DNA from: Callorhinchus milii
Lineage: Eukaryota
Assembly: GCF_018977255.1 (NCBI RefSeq)
Contig: NW_024704766.1
Location: forward strand, 5,084,001 to 5,148,000
Direction: 5' to 3'
DNA length: 64,000 nt
In this document: in pieces, positions 58,944 through 64,000 of the stretch
Layout: each line of letters opens with the position of its first letter
Numbering within the stretch: position 1 is the stretch's first letter
Position numbers and translations under genes: made by a program
The notes under the pieces: model-generated
The model's database searches: none
What the model was told of the DNA's origin: nothing
What the model saw: only the letters and a program-made list of their open reading frames with translations

Positions 58944-59300
58944 GAGTCCTGTAGCTCAGTGGTTAGAGCTCTCGCCCCGCAGGCGAGAGGACCCGGGTTC
59001 GATTCCTGGGGAGGACAAAACCTTGCGCAAGTTTCCTTACTCCACACGGCTCTGTTTGCCCAGCAGTAAGTAGGAACCCGGTTGTTAGTCAATTAACGGA
59101 TCGCTTTCCAGCGGTAATAATACTGTAGTAAATTGGTCACTCAATCCACGGCTGTTTGTGGAGCGCTGCTGTGCGCAATTTTTGGCTTCCGCGTGTGCCC
59201 CACAAAATATACAGCCGATTCACTTTACAGTATATCCTGTGAAGCGCTTTCAGACATCTCAAGGACGTGATAAGGCGCCATATCAAATGCAAGGATTATT
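58944..59300 (+). mobile_element. Near-complete tRNA-derived SINE with L2-like tail, in the PHLDB1 3' UTR region
   Basis: A box TAGCTCAGTGG, B box GGTTCGATTCC, body GGAACCCGGTTGTTAGTC, tail GTGATAAGGCGCCATATCAAATGCAAGGATTATTATT. Same family recurs throughout the window. Confidence 0.85.
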
Positions 59301-60242
59301 ATTGATGTTATTAAAACGCAAACTGCTCCCGTGGCGTAAATCAGCGATGCGCATGAACACAAGCGTGTGCGCCTGTTTTCACAGCTCGAGTCGAGCTCCC
59401 TGTGCAGGTTTAATGAGTGCGTTAAACTCAGTGCGTGTGGGGGTGGGGTGGGGGGGGGGGGGGGAGTGGCGTTGAACAGAGTTTTTAACACTCAAATTCT
59501 TGTTGGTCGGGTATGCGCGGGGGGGTAATGGACAAGGTAAGATAAAGTGGATTTCAGACCCATTATAGTGCTTTTTTTTACAGAGCCGTAAAGTTATTTT
59601 ACATTAATGTGTGTTGTCGTTGCTGTTGTGTTGGGTTTCGAACCCGACTTAAACCCTCTGTGAAATCAGGGAATCTGAATCTTTCGTATGAGCTGGAACA
59701 GTGTTACTTATTTGCATTGTACTTTATATAGAGAGAGAGAGTTTTATTAACCGGTTTTTGTACCTGAGTCTCCGCGCTGGGGGGCATTTGGACGACTAAA
59801 AAAAAAAAAATTCTTTTTATATACGTGAAAACGACAAAAAAATTACTAAAATAATACCAGAACTATTCATAATAGCTTAACGCCTTGACACCTTGTAAAT
59901 TTACATCATGGTTTGGGGGGAGGGAGGGAGGGAGGGAGGAGTGGGTGAGAGGAGATAGTTTTAAAGGTTAACTTTTTATATATTTATCGAAGCGGAAAAA
60001 AGTGGGTTTGAACCCAAAACCGGGTGACATCGCTCGCCCTCTTTCCCTCCACCCCACCACCACCACCTGCCTCGTCCCTTCCGCGTTCTGTCTTGAGATG
60101 TGATATTTAGCACAAGGTACAGGAATGTCACACCCCCAAACCCCCCCACCTCACCCACCCAAATACACTACACACACACACACTCCCTTCGGTATCCAAT
60201 TCTCGGTCACCAGTTGGTTCTTGACGCCCTCGCCCCAAACTT

Positions 60243-60248
60243 AATAAA
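60243..60248 (+). terminator. Candidate PHLDB1 polyadenylation signal (alternative at 60909-60914)
   Basis: AATAAA after a long AT-rich, 3'UTR-like stretch downstream of the stop at 57711. Confidence 0.45.
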
Positions 60249-61299
60249 AATAGTTTCTCCCGTCACCCAGTTCAGTCCAGTGCTGGATGAATAGCTGCTG
60301 CCATTTTTTTAAGTGGTGCGAGTGATTTTTTTCCCCCATTAATTTTGTAATTAAGGCTTTTAAATCAAGGCTCGATTCCCCGCCCTCCAGACTGTCTGTC
60401 GATTTGCTCACCACACACTATTAGCGCGATGTTCTGACGTGACATGGCGGGCAGGGGGTGTGGTATTAAATGCAAGGATTATTCAGTCCCGTGCCTTGTG
60501 CTAATTTACACATCACATGCCCCAAACTTGCCCCACAACCTTCGCCCCGCCCCACCCACCCACACCGGCAAACAGATCATGAGCTTAGCACATACGTGAG
60601 ACTCATGAGCACCGCCTAGTGCTAACTCTACAGTCCAGGAGGAATGATGATCAGAATTCTCTCAAGGCAAAGCCTTGAACCCCAAACTCCTCACCTTGTG
60701 GGTGCTATTGGAGGGGACATAACCCCGTCATGGGGTGGGGGAGGGGGGGAGGGAGGGAGGAAAGGGGGTAATTATATTATGGTAAAGGAGTTTACCCGGT
60801 TCGTGCTGTCTGCCCTTCGATGTGGCATTTACAAACCCGTGGCCTTTGGTGATGTCCTGGTGATCGCGTTGCCCGGACAATGTGACGTGTTTTACCCGGG
60901 ATTTTTAAAATAAAAGTGGAAACATGAACCGTCGCCCTGACTTGTGTGTCGCTGTCTTCTTTAACCCTTTCAGTGAAGGTGCTGCCAGGGAAGGGGCTGT
61001 GGCTTAGCCTTGTAAGCGAGAGGACCCGGGTTCGATGTCTGGCAGGGCAAAACCTTAGGCAAATTTCCTTACTCCAAACGCCTCTGTTTCCCTAGCAGTA
61101 AGTAGGAACCCAGTTATTAGTCAATTGGTTAAACGCTTTTCGGCGGCTAAGAATCCCTCCAAAAACAACAATTCAGCCCATCGCAGCTGTTCCATCAGAT
61201 TAAGCAGTGAATTAAACACAGAGCTCCAGTGGGGGAGCAAGTGCCAGCACAGACACGATGGGGAAGAGAGCAGTGGAATGGGATTAGAATAGAGAGCTC

Positions 61300-61336
<37 letters not shown>

Positions 61337-63459
61337 GTGGATGGGGAGGGGTAGATAGAGAGAGACCGAGCGTAGACAAGTACAGAGACATGTTTGTTTG
61401 GATGTGGAATCTTGTGAATTAGAGAGTAAGGGGCAAGGGTTTGGCCAACAAGCCATGAGAGGGGGCTCCTGAACCCAAACCATCTCCACATCAGCAACTG
61501 TATCGCGTTCAGTTCAGAACTGGTTGTGATTGTGCGTGGAAACCACCTGCACAAGTGTGTGCGTGTGAGCGTGCCACGTGTGTGTGTATGCGAGGTTGGG
61601 GGGGTGGTTGTTGGGAGATCTGTACAGAGAGTGGGCAGACATCCTCTCTCACAGTTCCGTGTTTGTGTGGGTCAACGGACGTCAGCACGACCCAAAGCAT
61701 GAGGGTCATTGCTCCGTCCACGTGATGCAGCCATCGTCCTGCCCGGAGATCAGGACAGGACGAGGTAAGGACTTGGAAATTGGGAGTGAAAAGTGTTGAG
61801 GTTCCACGTGTTATCCCGGCTGATCCTGACTTTGGGGGGGAAATTAATAACTGAAAACTGAGCGTCAAGTAAGGGCTGGGACCGTCCCGTAACTACATGG
61901 TCAACCCTCCCAATGCTCACTGCTGCTGGCGCAGTGTTGGGGGGAGCAATGCATCGTTTGAGGCTCCGTCCTTCAGTTGAGATGTTAAACTCAGCTCCCG
62001 TTCAGTGCATGGCCGGATGGAAGCTTAATACTCCCAAGATGTGTGTTTGTGCGTGTGTCTGTGTGTGTGGGGGGTGTGGGTGCGGAGGGTGTGTGTGCAT
62101 GTGTTCGTGTTTGAGAAAATTAGCACCTGTGTTCGCTTCCTATGGAAGCACAGTAGTGACTAGACCTGCCCAGAGATCATGGAAAATAGTGAGTCATTTA
62201 GCATTAGGGATGTATACGCCGTGGGCAAAACAGCCACAAAATACACAGTCGATTCACTTTACAGTATGTCCTGCGAAGCTTTCTTGAGACGTCTCAATAT
62301 AATGTGATAATGCGCCGTCTCAAAAGCAAGGATGTTATATTATTCTGTGCTCCAAAAATGCGACTTCTCTGTCTGATCGTGCGTCTCTTCTCTTTCTCGA
62401 CGGCGCAGTCTGCGGATAAATTTTGCCCTTGCTTCAGCGCTTAGCATTTAGAAACTAGAAAACGAGAAAGAGAAAGAGAGAGAGAGAGAGAGAGAGGAAA
62501 TCACCTCCCCCAAAATATCTTCACAGCATCCAGTTTAAAATAGCCGCAGAGATAGGCTGAAACTGGGGCAGGCTTGTTTGTCAAGTGACCAGCGCAGAGG
62601 ACATTAGGTTCATGCAGCCCTGAGGGAGGTAAGTGCTCACTCGCTAAAACCCCCACAAAACCCCCAAACTCGCAAGACTTTTTGAGCCTTCCTCCACGCA
62701 TGAATCCTATTTAATTCCCTTTCATTTGCATTAGACGAGGCACAGTAATTTTGGAGTTGATACGCCCTCTGGCTGAGGGCTGGGCTGTGCTGCCTAAAGC
62801 CTCTCGGATTAATTTATATTTTTACAGTCTCAGCATTTTTCTGTCTCTCTCGATTCCTTTTCTTCTTGCTGCTGCTTTTCGCAACAGGAAGTCGCAAAGC
62901 CAGGAGATACCACGTACTGATTTTTTTTTTATTCAGCGTCTCTCTGCGACCTTCAGGGGCCCGGAGGAGGATGGGGTGGGATCGTGGGTTCAAGTCCCAC
63001 CTGGAGCTCTCAGCCCAGGCTGACCCTCGAGCACAGTGCTCAAATGGGGTGTGGGGGGAGCACTGCATTGTCGGAGGCGCCGTCCTTTGGGTGAGACTTT
63101 TACACTGAGCTTCCCACTACTTGTGCCCGACTTGGTCTGTTGTGAAGGATTTATCCCCGTGTCCCAGCCAACAATCCTCCCTCTCACGGATATATTTCCT
63201 TACTCCCCCCCCCCCCCACCCCCCCAACCACCACTATGAGCAAATGGGTTTAAAGCAACAACAACTTGCACCCCTCACGCAGGCCAGAGCGCTTAACAGT
63301 GGCGGAGCACGACGCTGAGTCGGTGGGAGGTGACCGCACGGTCGAATAGGAAGGTGTTCAGGCGCGACCTGAAAATGGGGAAGGAAGGGGAAAGGCAGCG
63401 GAATAGAGGAAGATTGTTCCAGATTTTCGGAGCATAGTGGCTGGAAGCACAGCCGCCAA

Positions 63460-64000
63460 CAAACAAAAAATTACACGTGGATAGCGCCTTTCACAGCAGG
63501 AGGACATCTCAAGGCGCTGGAAAAATGGTGGAACGGAGGGCACGAGGGACCTGCAGGAGGCTGGAGCCAGTTAAGCGGAAGCAGCGGGTAGTGGGTTGGG
63601 GAGTAAGCAGGTCGGAGAGGCAGGGAGGTGCCAAGGCGTGAAGGGTTTTGGAAACTACTGTGAGGATCTTGAAATTGATCTGCTTGGCGTTATGGAGCCC
63701 GTCTGGTAACGCAGGTACGGAGTTTAGTACGGGAGAATATGTGGGCGGCAAAGGTTTGGATCAACTGGATCCTGTGCACGGCAGAGCTGGAGAGGTCGGC
63801 GAAGAGGGCATTTCAAAAGTTAATTTGGGAGGTGACGAAATCATGGACGAGTGCTTTGACTGTGAAAACTACTTTTGACTTGAATATTCTGGTTGTTTGA
63901 ATGAATGCAGATTGTTTTTGATGACGGATGTTGAGGTTGGAATCAGTAAGTTTGCCCTACCTGCCCAACACACACCCATTTACCTGCCTCGATGAGAGAT
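63460..64000 (-). mobile_element. L2-type LINE ORF2 3' fragment
   Basis: Minus-strand translation KQINFKILTVVSKTLHALAPPCLSDLL resembles the conserved L2 ORF2 C-terminus. Shorter L2 3' ends ending in (TTG)n occur at e.g. ~7860-8130, ~22690-22920, ~31355-31790 and ~53110-53430. Confidence 0.7.

Noticed and set aside
58944-59015. tRNA-like sequence (also near 26584, 28561, 56278)
   Set aside because: A/B boxes run into a SINE body and LINE-like tail, so these are SINE heads rather than tRNA genes.

Overview
Eukaryotic (vertebrate) genomic DNA with several N-gaps. The repeat content (tRNA-headed SINEs with L2-type tails, L2/CR1 3' ends, Penelope-like palindromes) points to a cartilaginous fish, possibly a chimaera such as Callorhinchus; this is an inference, not verified. 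The window holds orthologues of genes from human 11q23.3. Minus strand: KMT2A/MLL1 exon 1 (2297-2494), complete ATP5MG (3 exons, 103 aa), complete UBE4A (19 coding exons, 1069 aa), NHERF4/PDZD3 (11 coding exons, four PDZ domains, one apparent 1-bp frameshift) and the last two exons of NLRX1. Plus strand: the 3' eleven exons of PHLDB1. Exon boundaries were read by hand from GT/AG sites and phase continuity; comparisons with human proteins are from memory. No new multi-gene system is evident. The most notable observations are: NLRX1 and PHLDB1 both truncated head-to-head at a small gap (probable misjoin or inversion); a perfect 54-bp intronic hairpin; a minimal KMT2A menin/LEDGF module; NHERF4 micro-exon and frameshift features; duplicated Tyr-motif exons in PHLDB1; and a solo LTR.
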